DNA of 45,679 bases from Candidatus Omnitrophota bacterium (GTDB taxonomy: Bacteria > Omnitrophota > Gorgyraeia > JAGLLT01): positions 1 to 45,679 of the forward strand of contig JAGLLT010000028.1 in the NCBI GenBank assembly GCA_023140385.1. Direction: 5' to 3'. A program made the translations under genes and the position numbers. Positions 10,372-19,413 of this stretch are shown here, piece by piece (the stretch's first letter is position 1; every line of letters begins with the position of its first letter). The notes beneath the pieces are model-generated. The model searched no databases. It was given only the letters and a program-made list of their open reading frames with translations, and was not told the DNA's origin.

Positions 10372-11154
10372 TTATTCTTCAGACATAAAGGCATATGGGG
10401 CGCCGGTTAACTTAAAGCGGGGTGTCATGGCGGTATCTCCCTCAACCTGAACCTCAAGCCAGTACTGTTTATCAAATGACAGGTAGTCAAAAGAGGTGAT
10501 GCTTCCGAGCTCTACGTCTAAGAGGCCGGCTTCTATGACTATGTTCTCCTGGGCTTCCTGCCAGAGTGAAGTACCTCCTGTCTCCTGGTCATAGAAGCTG
10601 AAGGTTAGTCCAAATGTGCCTTCAAGAGGCAGGCCTTCACTATCTCCCAGGGCTCCCTGGAAGCGCAGAAGATGAGGTACGGTTGTCTTATAGGTGGTGA
10701 ACTCTCTTATAGCAACAAAAGAACTTCTGCTCGCGTTTATATATAACCTTATATACCTTGCTTCCCTGTCAATCTTCCTTATCTCTCCATCCGGGCTGTC
10801 AATCCCTTCTATACCTGTAAAGACATCTTCCCAGTTATGGTTATCAGGTGATATCTGTATATCATAGTCCGCGGGGCTGCAAGTTAATGAGTACCACTTA
10901 ATCTGTATATTGCCTATCCGGTTCATTGCTCCCGTGTCAAAGGTTATCCACCAGGGCGACGCGTTGCACTTTCCGCCCCAAAAGCTGGCATCATAACCAT
11001 CGATTGCTTTCTCAGGAGCAAAGTGGGGCGTTACATATGATGAGGACGCGCTTGAGTGAAGAATGGGTATGGCTTTTTCTTTGGCTATAGCTGAGGAAGG
11101 GATAGAGGTTACAGCAAAAAGGCTTATTAGGAGTATGAGGGTTGTTTGTTTCAT
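10372..11154 (-). CDS. Secreted F5/8 type C (CBM32/discoidin) protein with a C-terminal fibre-base-like domain
   Basis: Signal peptide; AIDG...W, WITFDTG and ARYIRL discoidin motifs; C-terminal FQG.L...FSFYD...GG..LW.E...WLEVQV...MTPR..L..APYA domain; RBS GGAGG. Confidence 0.75.
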   Translation of the reverse strand: MKQTTLILLISLFAVTSIPSSAIAKEKAIPILHSSASSSYVTPHFAPEKAIDGYDASFWGGKCNASPWWITFDTGAMNRIGNIQIKWYSLTCSPADYDIQISPDNHNWEDVFTGIEGIDSPDGEIRKIDREARYIRLYINASRSSFVAIREFTTYKTTVPHLLRFQGALGDSEGLPLEGTFGLTFSFYDQETGGTSLWQEAQENIVIEAGLLDVELGSITSFDYLSFDKQYWLEVQVEGDTAMTPRFKLTGAPYAFMSEE

Positions 11155-11218
11155 TTTAGCCTCCGTTTGGTGGTTGCTAAAAATAAATCCGTCCTCCTTT
11201 ACGCGGATATCTTTAACT

Positions 11219-11234
11219 AAATGTACGCGTGTTA
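11219..11234. promoter_or_regulatory. Operator-like 16-bp imperfect palindrome AAAT-GTACGCGT-GTTA
   Basis: Just downstream of the predicted start site of the 11244-11272 promoter; resembles sites at 23256, 24043 and 24226. Confidence 0.45.
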
Positions 11235-11243
11235 ATTAAGTAT

Positions 11244-11272
11244 AGTATAACTATTAGTAATGCTGGTGTCAA
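11244..11272 (-). promoter_or_regulatory. sigma70-type promoter for the 11154-411 operon
   Basis: Minus strand TTGACA (11272-11267), 17 bp, TATACT (11249-11244). Confidence 0.8.
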
Positions 11273-11283
11273 GGAAAATAAAT

Positions 11284-11322
11284 AAAAACCGCCTTTAGCC
11301 AACCTCCAAAGTTAGCTGGAGG
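11284..11322 (-). terminator. Possible terminator hairpin after gspD
   Basis: CCTCCA-N8-TGGAGG hairpin immediately after the stop, followed by GGCGGTTTTTATT; an alternative overlapping stem is also possible. Confidence 0.35.
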
Positions 11323-11323
11323 A

Positions 11324-13339
11324 TTATTCCTCTCTATCCATAGGGGGTTCTTGTTCAAACTCGAGGGGGAGGCGGATTGATTTGCTCGCGTTAATTTCCC
11401 TTTGGGTCATCTCTTTGGCATCTTCGGGGTTGATGATGACGTGGGGGGTAATAAAAACTAATAACTCCGTCTTTTTTACCGTATCGTGGTGTTTTCTGAA
11501 AAGAAGGCCTAAGATGGGTATATCTCCTAAAATGGGTATCTTGCTGACAGACTTAGTCTTGTCATCTCTCATTAAACCGCCGATAACGATAGTCTGCCCG
11601 TCTTTAATAACTACCGTCGTCTCCGCCTCTCTGGTAATAAGTATAGGGGCGTTTAGCTCCGGGTCATAGGCGGATATCTTGTTTATCAATTGGTGAACTT
11701 TTAAACAAACGTCTCTATTTTTGTTGACGGTAGAAGTAACGGTTAGTTCTATGGCAACGTCTTTATAATCATAGCTTTTAACCGTCCCGCTGGCTTCGGT
11801 ATAGCTGACGTCCTTTAAGATGGGGACGGACTCGCCCACCTTAAACCTTGCCTCCTGATTGTCAGAAGCCAGTATGCAGGGTGCCGAAAGAATGTTAAAC
11901 TCAGACTCCTTGGCCAACGCCTGGATTAGGCCGCTCAGATTTTCATCATCTCTCAGAACAGAGTACTTAAAGCCCTCCGAGATAAAGTCGCTTAAGCCCC
12001 ACACGCCGCTGGCCGTCCCCGCGACTTTATGCCCGCCTCCCGACCAGGGCTCCGCGTACTCCCATTCTATGCCGAATTTCGTCTCATTGGAAAGGGTAAC
12101 TTCAGCTATTAGAGCCTTGATCAATACCTGCGGGCTGCGTACGTCAAGTTGATCTATCAGTCTCTTTATAGTGGAAAAGTTTTGAGGAAAGGTGGTAATA
12201 ATCAGTGCGTTGGTCCTTTTATCCGCCACCACCTTAACCGCTCCTTCTAAAGTGCCAAAGCCTTCCTTAGGTAATGTTTCTCCGGTCTCTGAGGCAGGCC
12301 GGATGGGCTCACCCGGCTTTGGCACCCTCCTGGCTTTAACCCCCTTCTGGCCGCTCGCTATACCGGCAAAGAGCTCATTTAAAACCGCCGCCACCTCTTC
12401 CGCTTTACCGTTTTGCAAAGGAAAGACGCGAATATTGTCAGCTGAGGCGGGACTCTCCCTGTCAAGCTGTCCTATAAATCCTTTTATTACTTTAAAGTTA
12501 GACTTGGCTGTAATTATAATCAGAGAGTGCAGTCTTTCATCCGGAATAATGGCCACTTCACCCACTATTCCTCCCAGAAAATCTTTAGATATGCCGGCTA
12601 TTCTTTTTTTCCCTGAAGGTGATAGTTTTTTTTTAGTGCCTGAAGAATAAACCTGCGTCAGGATGCTTGACAGCTCAACTTCATCGGCATATTCAAGAGG
12701 AATAATTTCTATCCGGATATTTTCCTCTCCAATTTCAACGTCCAGCTGATCAATAATCTTAACCAGCCTTTTAATATTTGAAGCTACATCAGTTATAACC
12801 AGGGTGTTAGTTCTTTCGCTGGCAATTATGTTTCCACCGGAAAAAATCAGCCCCCCTAGAACGCCTTTCATATCAGAGGCCGCTATATATTTTAATGGGA
12901 TTATCTGCGTAACAACCTTATCTTCAGACGTACCGCTCTCAGGCCCCCGGCCAATACGCGTCTCCACACTCTTCTTGATCGCCTCTGCCTGGCTGACAAC
13001 CTTCATCACCTTGCCGGAGCGTACCATCGTGAAACCCTTAACTTCAAGTATAGCCTGAAGTACGTCAAGCGCTTCGTCAACCGGCAGTTTAGCGGCGCCT
13101 ATAACCGTTACCTTACCCCTTACCTTATCACCTTTAATAATAGTCAGTCCGGTAATCTCGCTGAAAAATTGCAAAACTGACTCAATATCCGTCTCCTTAA
13201 AGTTAAACGAGATAAGGGTATCTTTATCTTTTGTCTCAGCCGACAGGCCGCCGGCAAAACAAGAAACAATCAGCGCGGCAGATAAAACCAAACCAACTAT
13301 CACCTTCATCCGCTTGAAATAACCTTTTAACATTAACAC
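11324..13339 (-). CDS. gspD: Type II secretion system secretin GspD
   Basis: N0 domain (ISFNFKETDI), three secretin_N repeats (ADKRTNALII), secretin core (QVLIKALIAEV, LSAP, DGQTIVIGGL, IPILGDIPILGLLF, TELLVFITP); RBS AAGGGAG before GTG. Confidence 0.95.
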   Translation of the reverse strand: MLMLKGYFKRMKVIVGLVLSAALIVSCFAGGLSAETKDKDTLISFNFKETDIESVLQFFSEITGLTIIKGDKVRGKVTVIGAAKLPVDEALDVLQAILEVKGFTMVRSGKVMKVVSQAEAIKKSVETRIGRGPESGTSEDKVVTQIIPLKYIAASDMKGVLGGLIFSGGNIIASERTNTLVITDVASNIKRLVKIIDQLDVEIGEENIRIEIIPLEYADEVELSSILTQVYSSGTKKKLSPSGKKRIAGISKDFLGGIVGEVAIIPDERLHSLIIITAKSNFKVIKGFIGQLDRESPASADNIRVFPLQNGKAEEVAAVLNELFAGIASGQKGVKARRVPKPGEPIRPASETGETLPKEGFGTLEGAVKVVADKRTNALIITTFPQNFSTIKRLIDQLDVRSPQVLIKALIAEVTLSNETKFGIEWEYAEPWSGGGHKVAGTASGVWGLSDFISEGFKYSVLRDDENLSGLIQALAKESEFNILSAPCILASDNQEARFKVGESVPILKDVSYTEASGTVKSYDYKDVAIELTVTSTVNKNRDVCLKVHQLINKISAYDPELNAPILITREAETTVVIKDGQTIVIGGLMRDDKTKSVSKIPILGDIPILGLLFRKHHDTVKKTELLVFITPHVIINPEDAKEMTQREINASKSIRLPLEFEQEPPMDREE

Positions 13340-13459
13340 AAAACTCCCTTATATAAAGGCTTGCCAATAAAACTTTCCACAACTTATTCTTTATCTATAA
13401 TAACATATTATAACTGTTTATGCGAATGTAAAAATGAAGTTAAAGTCTCTTTGCCGTAA

Positions 13460-14038
13460 TTAGTTTCCCCTCATAGACTTTAACATAATCTGAGACTTGG
13501 AAGAAGGCATAAGGTTCTTTTGAGAACCGGACGGCGGCAAAGATTTTTTACTTTCTCTTACCTTTTTAGCCGCGGGCGTCAGATTTAAGGTTAAATTTTC
13601 TCCCTTAAAGTCTAAAACTACCTCCAACTTATCCCCATCTATGCTCACTACCCGGGCCCCCTGAATAATGTCTCCTTCTTTATAAAAAAGTTTATTGCCG
13701 CTTTTTCGCCGGCTTTCTATAATGGCCTGATAACACCTGCCGTTAAAAACTATTCCGCTTAATTTTAAATCAGTCTTAAGCCGTTTTAGTCCGGCACTTA
13801 TTTCTTTCTTTTCCTTATTAGTCTGTATTTTTATTGCCGGGGCAAAGACGGCTTTGCCCCAAAGAGGCTTAAAAAGATTTCTTTTGGTAATTGGCCGGTA
13901 ATAAGAAAAAGATTTAGGCTTCGCGCTGTTTTCTTCTATCGGCCCGGCAAGAGCGGGCTTTTCTACGCCTAAGCGGAAAAGGATAAATATCAAGAAGCTT
14001 AAAAACACAGTTACGCGGCTAAAAGCTCTGGGGCTCAT
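13460..14038 (-). CDS. gspC: Type II secretion system protein GspC-like (HR domain, no PDZ)
   Basis: N-terminal TM, RNLF.P, LKLSGIV...AII...YKEGDII.G..VVSI; position directly upstream of gspD. Confidence 0.7.
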   Translation of the reverse strand: MSPRAFSRVTVFLSFLIFILFRLGVEKPALAGPIEENSAKPKSFSYYRPITKRNLFKPLWGKAVFAPAIKIQTNKEKKEISAGLKRLKTDLKLSGIVFNGRCYQAIIESRRKSGNKLFYKEGDIIQGARVVSIDGDKLEVVLDFKGENLTLNLTPAAKKVRESKKSLPPSGSQKNLMPSSKSQIMLKSMRGN

Positions 14039-14580
14039 AAGCTTCCCTCCCGGCCCTCATCAACTAAAAAAATGGCTGAGATTAACATCTCTACCTTTAG
14101 GGAAGAGGCGTTAGCATCAAGGGGAAATATTTGCAATCTTTCAATATTTACCATCTGGCCCGATTCCCGCAGTCGATATAAAAAATCGGTTAAATTATCC
14201 ATAGAACATTTTAAGTTTACGTAAGCCTGAGATTTTTTATAGAAACCGTGCTCTTTGAGCGCTTGAGGTTCAAGGCTGGTAATCTGTATTTTTGTCTTTC
14301 TGGCTACTCTTTCTATCTCTCTAAGCCACGTAACCGGCTGCCAACTGCCGGAAACAGCCCCAACTTCCTTTTTAAGCAGCCCCAATTCTTCTTTTAGCCG
14401 ATCCTTTTGACGAACAGCCTGCCGATCTCTTTTTAACTCAATCTCTTTAGTCTGAACTTCTATTTTCAGATTCTGCCAAACCTTCAACCTGGGTTCAATA
14501 AAAGATACATAAGCAATGGCTCCTATGGCTGTAATAAGGCAAAAGTATAATATTTTCTTTTCTCTCGGCAATAAAGTCAT
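14035..14580 (-). CDS. gspM: GspM/PilO-family inner-membrane platform protein
   Basis: L.PREK, TM, coiled coil, ferredoxin-like C-terminus (LTDFLYRL...NIERLQI). Confidence 0.75.
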   Translation of the reverse strand: MTLLPREKKILYFCLITAIGAIAYVSFIEPRLKVWQNLKIEVQTKEIELKRDRQAVRQKDRLKEELGLLKKEVGAVSGSWQPVTWLREIERVARKTKIQITSLEPQALKEHGFYKKSQAYVNLKCSMDNLTDFLYRLRESGQMVNIERLQIFPLDANASSLKVEMLISAIFLVDEGREGSL

Positions 14581-14596
14581 TATGTATTATCCCTCA

Positions 14597-16141
14597 TCAC
14601 TTTTTAACAGCCAACGGGCAGTTAAGTTCAAATTCCACCAGCGTTTTATCGTCTACCTTTTTCGCTCTTGAATATTTACGCTCAACATTTTGAAAATATT
14701 CAGATTTGTTTAAATTAGTAACCATCTGAGAAACAACCGAATGAGAAACCGTTAGGCCCCTGATTATTACCACACCATCCTTCTCAAATACAAAACCTGT
14801 CAGATAAACATCTTTGGGAACAATCTCTACCAGACTCAATTCCCTTAAAATTTCCAAACACAAACCTTTATTTTTTTTATAGGAACCGATAAGCTCTACC
14901 TGCTCCCGCATCATTTTGGCCTCTGTTGCCAACGGTTTTACTTCGCTTATCCTTCTCTCAAGCTCCTTCAGCCTTGCTTCCTTCAGATAAAACTGCCCGA
15001 AGCTAAAAACAGCAATTAAAAAACCGCTCAACCCAATAAAAAGTATGAAGTTTTTGAAAAATCTTTCGCGTTTTTTCTTTTCTCTTTCTTTAACCATTTT
15101 AGCCGGCAGGAGATTAACCTCCATCCTGTTTTTAACGGCCTCTCGCAAGGCCAGGCCGACAGCAACAGGCATAGAAGAAGCGACTGCCTGCGGGACGGCT
15201 CCGGGTATATTGAACGACAGATTTCTAAAGGCATTCGCCTTCTCAACCCTCAAACCAAGGCGTTCACTTAAAACAACTTCTAATTCATTGTCGCAAACTA
15301 CCTCTATATCACCGCTTAGGATAATTAACTCCGGCCTGCTATTGTTATTATCTTCTCTTATATATGCCTCAAGCGAACGCTTGATTTCATCTACTAAGCG
15401 CTCATACCGGGACACCTCTTCCCGCTCCCATCCATTAATTATAACACCTCTTGTAAAACAAAGACTGCCGGCCCGGACTATACTTATATCAATCGCCTCT
15501 CCGGATACATTCAACAAACAGGTAACCGCCCCACCCGTTTCACTCCGGCCGTAATAAAAAGAGTTAAAAGCGGCAAAGGGAATTAAATCAATAACCTCCG
15601 GCATAAGGCCGGCCTTTTTTAGAAGGGAAAGATGCTCATTTAACGTTTCTTTTTTGAGGGCTACCAGAAGAAGCTCCGACTCCTCTGCCGACTTTCTGAT
15701 AATCTGGTAACTTATCTCAACCTTGTCTATGGCAAATGGAATGTGCCTTTCCGCCTCATATCTAACCATCTCTTCAATCTCTTTTTCATCCGTAGAAGGA
15801 AGGCTGATATATCTGGCTACCGCCAAATGCCTGGGCAGGCCGACGGCTAAACTCGAAATTTTTACTTTGTTATTCGCTAAAAGTCTTTTTATGGCTTCAA
15901 GCAAAAGGCCTTCTCTCTCTTCCGCTTTCATCTTTTGCTTAAGGTTAACTTTTTCTGAAAAACACCTAATGACCTCAAGCCCCGACGGAGTAACTTTAAG
16001 TTGGGCCAATCTTATAATTCTATCATTTATCTCTAAACCGGTGAATACTTTTGGTCGAAGATTATTTAAAAATAGCTCTACCTTCTTTATACTTAAACTT
16101 ACTTTATTTATCAGCCTCTTCAGGCCCGCGCTTGCTTTCAT
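14597..16141 (-). CDS. gspL: GspL-like PilM-PilN fusion protein
   Basis: Actin-like PilM domain (GLEI...IRLA; EAERHIPF; AVGLALR), INLLP-like VNLLP motif, TM and PilN-type periplasmic domain. Confidence 0.75.
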   Translation of the reverse strand: MKASAGLKRLINKVSLSIKKVELFLNNLRPKVFTGLEINDRIIRLAQLKVTPSGLEVIRCFSEKVNLKQKMKAEEREGLLLEAIKRLLANNKVKISSLAVGLPRHLAVARYISLPSTDEKEIEEMVRYEAERHIPFAIDKVEISYQIIRKSAEESELLLVALKKETLNEHLSLLKKAGLMPEVIDLIPFAAFNSFYYGRSETGGAVTCLLNVSGEAIDISIVRAGSLCFTRGVIINGWEREEVSRYERLVDEIKRSLEAYIREDNNNSRPELIILSGDIEVVCDNELEVVLSERLGLRVEKANAFRNLSFNIPGAVPQAVASSMPVAVGLALREAVKNRMEVNLLPAKMVKEREKKKRERFFKNFILFIGLSGFLIAVFSFGQFYLKEARLKELERRISEVKPLATEAKMMREQVELIGSYKKNKGLCLEILRELSLVEIVPKDVYLTGFVFEKDGVVIIRGLTVSHSVVSQMVTNLNKSEYFQNVERKYSRAKKVDDKTLVEFELNCPLAVKK

Positions 16142-16142
16142 C

Positions 16143-17162
16143 TTAATCTTCCCGGTAATAAATTATCCTTAAAGGATAACTACTTCTATCAATGACCGCT
16201 TCTATCTTTTTTGTAACCTTTGAATTATCCGGCCTGCCTATTGAGACAATCTTAAAAATATCAGAGTTTACTCTGGCAAATTTAGAAAATTGCTTATAAA
16301 TTAATTCTCCTATAACAGGCTTCAGCTCGTCAACGGAGAAAAACGGCGTATCGTCTCCGGTACCGTCTGTTCTGTCCGGGCCCGCCCGGTAATCAATAAT
16401 ACTTTGGGCCAGTTCTTTGTTAGCCATACCAAGTAAAAGAGATAAGGCTTCAAAGCCGGCGGTGTTGACGTTAACCTTGCCATCGGTATAAACGGTGATT
16501 ACCCCCTCTAACCCTACATCCGCTTGAGCCTCTTCGCCCTCGTTCTGAAAAAACTTTTCCCCCGTCCTTTTATCAGCCGAGAAACCGTCATCGTTTGCTT
16601 CGTAGAGCCAGGACTTATCAAAGCCTTTTATCAAAAGCAGTTCCTCCAGGGCATCCAGGGGCCCGTTTTTACACTTATAAGGACTTTTTAGAGACCGGTA
16701 ATAAGCGCTCTCGGCGCCGTTAAGCCGGCGGTTATCGTCGGCGTCAATCCAGTCAGCGATGCTGTCGCAAATCTCAGCCCTATGCTCAGCATCCCTGATT
16801 ACAGGCAGAGCTCTCAGTAAACCTTCCGAAGCCGTATTTATATTTATCTTGCCCGTCTCATCAGCAACCTCCACCGCATAACTTCCATTAAAAAGCCGGA
16901 CATCTTCATAGGCAGGAGGATTAAACGCCCACTTCTCACCAAGAAAGTCAACCTCCGGGCCGCTTCTCTTATCCGCTTCCAACTGGGCTATCGCTCTTTC
17001 CAGGCCTGCCTTTGCCAGATAGCAGGCGGCCACCCTCTCCGTCTGATACCCGGCCATTTTCATTTCTAATTTAACCGTATAGGCAAAACTCAGAGCTATA
17101 ACCGTCAGCACAGCCAGTACCCACAAAACAGTAATTAAAATAATGCCCTTAGCGTTTTTCAC
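16143..17162 (-). CDS. gspK: Type II secretion minor pseudopilin GspK
   Basis: KGIILITVLW N-terminus, DETGKININTA, IADWIDAD, EELLLIKG, KVNVNTA. Start moved from ORF-track 17195 to in-frame GTG 17162, which follows GAGGT. Confidence 0.9.
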   Translation of the reverse strand: MKNAKGIILITVLWVLAVLTVIALSFAYTVKLEMKMAGYQTERVAACYLAKAGLERAIAQLEADKRSGPEVDFLGEKWAFNPPAYEDVRLFNGSYAVEVADETGKININTASEGLLRALPVIRDAEHRAEICDSIADWIDADDNRRLNGAESAYYRSLKSPYKCKNGPLDALEELLLIKGFDKSWLYEANDDGFSADKRTGEKFFQNEGEEAQADVGLEGVITVYTDGKVNVNTAGFEALSLLLGMANKELAQSIIDYRAGPDRTDGTGDDTPFFSVDELKPVIGELIYKQFSKFARVNSDIFKIVSIGRPDNSKVTKKIEAVIDRSSYPLRIIYYRED

Positions 17163-17841
17163 GGACACCTCTTTCGCCAGCTGAAATAATTTCAACAGGA
17201 ATAGAAATCACCGTCGAAAAAACCAGAGGCCCTTTCCGCGATAGAGGATTTTGAGCAAAAAGGGTTACTTTTACCGCCCTGGGCAAACCTTTAGCCCGGG
17301 CCCGCCTCTCTAAATCTGAATCTTTACTGTCAAAAGCCGCCCAGGACTCTTCCCATCTCTCACCGCTATAATACTTTATATCTAAACCGGTAATAAACAT
17401 AGCCAGCACTTCCGCCTCTTCGCCCGCACTAACATCACTTCCAAGGACAGCGTTATACCTTCTTTTCAACTCTGAAAAAGAAGCGTCTGAGCTGCTGTTA
17501 ATAAAGTAAGTTATTTCACTTAACCCTCTCTGTCCGGACGAAGTTGTAGTAAAGGTAAGGGTGTCAGCGCTTTCTCCTTTAAAGCTGCCGTCGCGCCCGA
17601 TAAAATTGTAACAAGGAGTTTCCCGGCTGATAATGGCCCCCCTTAACTCTCTGGACATTTGACTTAAGGCTATGCGGACGTTTTGAGAAAAGTCAGAAAC
17701 AGCCTTTGCTTTTCTCCATCCATCCAATCCCGCTTTAAAAGAAGCATAAACAGCCGTAATCATTATAACCGCTATAAACACAGCTATTATCAATTCTATT
17801 AACGTAAATCCCGCCAAAGACCCTCGCTTTCTAATTACCAC
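17149..17841 (-). CDS. gspJ: Type II secretion minor pseudopilin GspJ
   Basis: GFTLIELI prepilin motif; W...W and LPRAVKV C-terminal motifs. Start uncertain (ORF track 17889; in-frame GTG 17841 follows GGAG). Confidence 0.85.
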   Translation of the reverse strand: MVIRKRGSLAGFTLIELIIAVFIAVIMITAVYASFKAGLDGWRKAKAVSDFSQNVRIALSQMSRELRGAIISRETPCYNFIGRDGSFKGESADTLTFTTTSSGQRGLSEITYFINSSSDASFSELKRRYNAVLGSDVSAGEEAEVLAMFITGLDIKYYSGERWEESWAAFDSKDSDLERRARAKGLPRAVKVTLFAQNPLSRKGPLVFSTVISIPVEIISAGERGVREKR

Positions 17842-18403
17842 CTTCTGTCTCCCCCCGCAAGCTGCTTCTTGGCGCCAGATAGGAGACAAACTTTAAATCT
17901 CTTTCTTTTCCTCTTTCCCGCCAAAAGATAGTTACCGTCACCTGATATAAAAGGGTTTCTTCCTTTAACCTGGATAGAGACATAAGTCCGGGAACCGCTT
18001 TGTTCTCATCCGCCCTCTGCCAAATCTTATCCGTCTCTATCTCCTGCCGAAGGCTCTCTACCTTCCAGTTAAAACCTGAAGCTCCTCCTTCAAACTCATC
18101 CCGGCTGGCCGGCTTTTCATATAAACCCATAATTTCAATCTCATCAAGTTTGCTTTGGGCAAGGATAGCCGCCTTACTTAAATTAGAAGAACTTTCGACG
18201 GCTCGCAGACAAGTAGAAAACACCTGAATGACTAAAACTAAACCCAAAGACAGAATAGCTACAGCCACCATAACTTCTATAAGGGTAAATGCCCGTATTG
18301 TATTGTTAACGGCGCCTTCCGCCTTATAAACGCGCCGCCTTATTCGCCTCCGCCAAAATACTCCGTGGTTTGCCGCGGGGAGATTCATTAATTTTAGATT
18401 CAT
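17831..18403 (-). CDS. gspI: Type II secretion minor pseudopilin GspI
   Basis: AFTLIEVMVAVAI prepilin motif, A..LAQSKL, VTVTIFW; ATGA overlap with the gspH stop. Confidence 0.8.
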   Translation of the reverse strand: MNLKLMNLPAANHGVFWRRRIRRRVYKAEGAVNNTIRAFTLIEVMVAVAILSLGLVLVIQVFSTCLRAVESSSNLSKAAILAQSKLDEIEIMGLYEKPASRDEFEGGASGFNWKVESLRQEIETDKIWQRADENKAVPGLMSLSRLKEETLLYQVTVTIFWRERGKERDLKFVSYLAPRSSLRGETEGGN

Positions 18404-18909
18404 AGTTCATATTTATAATTAAAGGTTTTAATCTGGCCCGTTGAACTCATAGTCATAATAGTATAAACGTTTCCCCTGTTGTCTTCGAAATAAAGCAGAC
18501 ATCTGTCAGCGGTTCCATCCGGCCTAAATGTTATAAAATTCCGGGAGGAGCTTGTTTTTTCAGCGCCAAAAGTAATTATCCCCGTTAAAGCAATATCCTC
18601 ACCTAACCTTCTGGCCGGCGCCTGTCCGGAAACTTGATTTTCTAAAGAGAGCCAGTAGCGCCGGCCTTCAATGTCAAAATTTACCCGGCAGACTACCTCC
18701 TCGAAAACGGCACGATGATGAGCATAAATCAGAGTTTGACTGATATCTCTAATAGAGGCGTCAAGCGCGCTTTTTTTAAAAAGCCTGTTAAAAGAAGGAA
18801 GAACCGCGACCGCTATTACGCTGATAATAACCATCACCACTATGAGCTCTATTAAAGTAAAGGCTTGATCGCTATCTTCCGCCTGTAAATGCTTAATCAA
18901 AAGCCTCAA
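18400..18909 (-). CDS. gspH: Type II secretion minor pseudopilin GspH
   Basis: AFTLIELIVV prepilin motif, ITFRPDG. Start set to in-frame TTG 18909, 6 nt after AGGAGG (ORF track 18948). Confidence 0.8.
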   Translation of the reverse strand: MRLLIKHLQAEDSDQAFTLIELIVVMVIISVIAVAVLPSFNRLFKKSALDASIRDISQTLIYAHHRAVFEEVVCRVNFDIEGRRYWLSLENQVSGQAPARRLGEDIALTGIITFGAEKTSSSRNFITFRPDGTADRCLLYFEDNRGNVYTIMTMSSTGQIKTFNYKYEL

Positions 18910-18950
18910 AATCTTCCTCCTTCTGAAAACTCTTTTAACGCCTGCCAAAA

Positions 18951-19397
18951 CTAATCGGCCAATGACCAGCTTTCAATATCATCTCCGCCTTCTTCACTGC
19001 CATCCGAGCCGTAAGATTTTATATCATAATCACCATGTAAACCCGGATACAAATAAATATAGGGGTTCTTCCATGGATCCGCGGGAACCTTCTCTTTTAA
19101 ATACGGCCCTCTCCAGTCTCTGGTGTTACCCGGATTAGCTCTCAGAGCCTGAAGTCCTTCTTCAGTCGTCGGAAAACGGCCGTTATCCATTTCAAAGGTT
19201 TCCAGCGCCAGAGAGATATTTTTAATCTGCAATTTAGCGGCGGCCCGGCAGGCCTGTTCGGTGCGCCCGACAAATCTCGGAAAAACAACCGAGGCTAAAA
19301 TACCAATAATTATTACAACCAACATTAACTCTATTAATGTAAAACCTTTCTCTGTTTTTCCTCCTCCAGCCCGGTTCTTTTTTAAATCTCTCATCAC
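18951..19397 (-). CDS. gspG: Type II secretion major pseudopilin GspG
   Basis: GFTLIELMLVVIIIGILA, FPTTEEGL.AL, WRGPYL, DPWKNPY.Y..PG, SYGSDG..GGDDI..W. Confidence 0.95.
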   Translation of the reverse strand: MMRDLKKNRAGGGKTEKGFTLIELMLVVIIIGILASVVFPRFVGRTEQACRAAAKLQIKNISLALETFEMDNGRFPTTEEGLQALRANPGNTRDWRGPYLKEKVPADPWKNPYIYLYPGLHGDYDIKSYGSDGSEEGGDDIESWSLAD

Positions 19398-19413
19398 TTT
19401 ATCCGCTCCTTCT

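Noticed and set aside
13405..13432. Internal promoter upstream of gspD (TATAAT at 13407-13412)
   Set aside because: The best -35 (TTTACA) is 14 bp away, and alternative registers are weak in AT-rich DNA.
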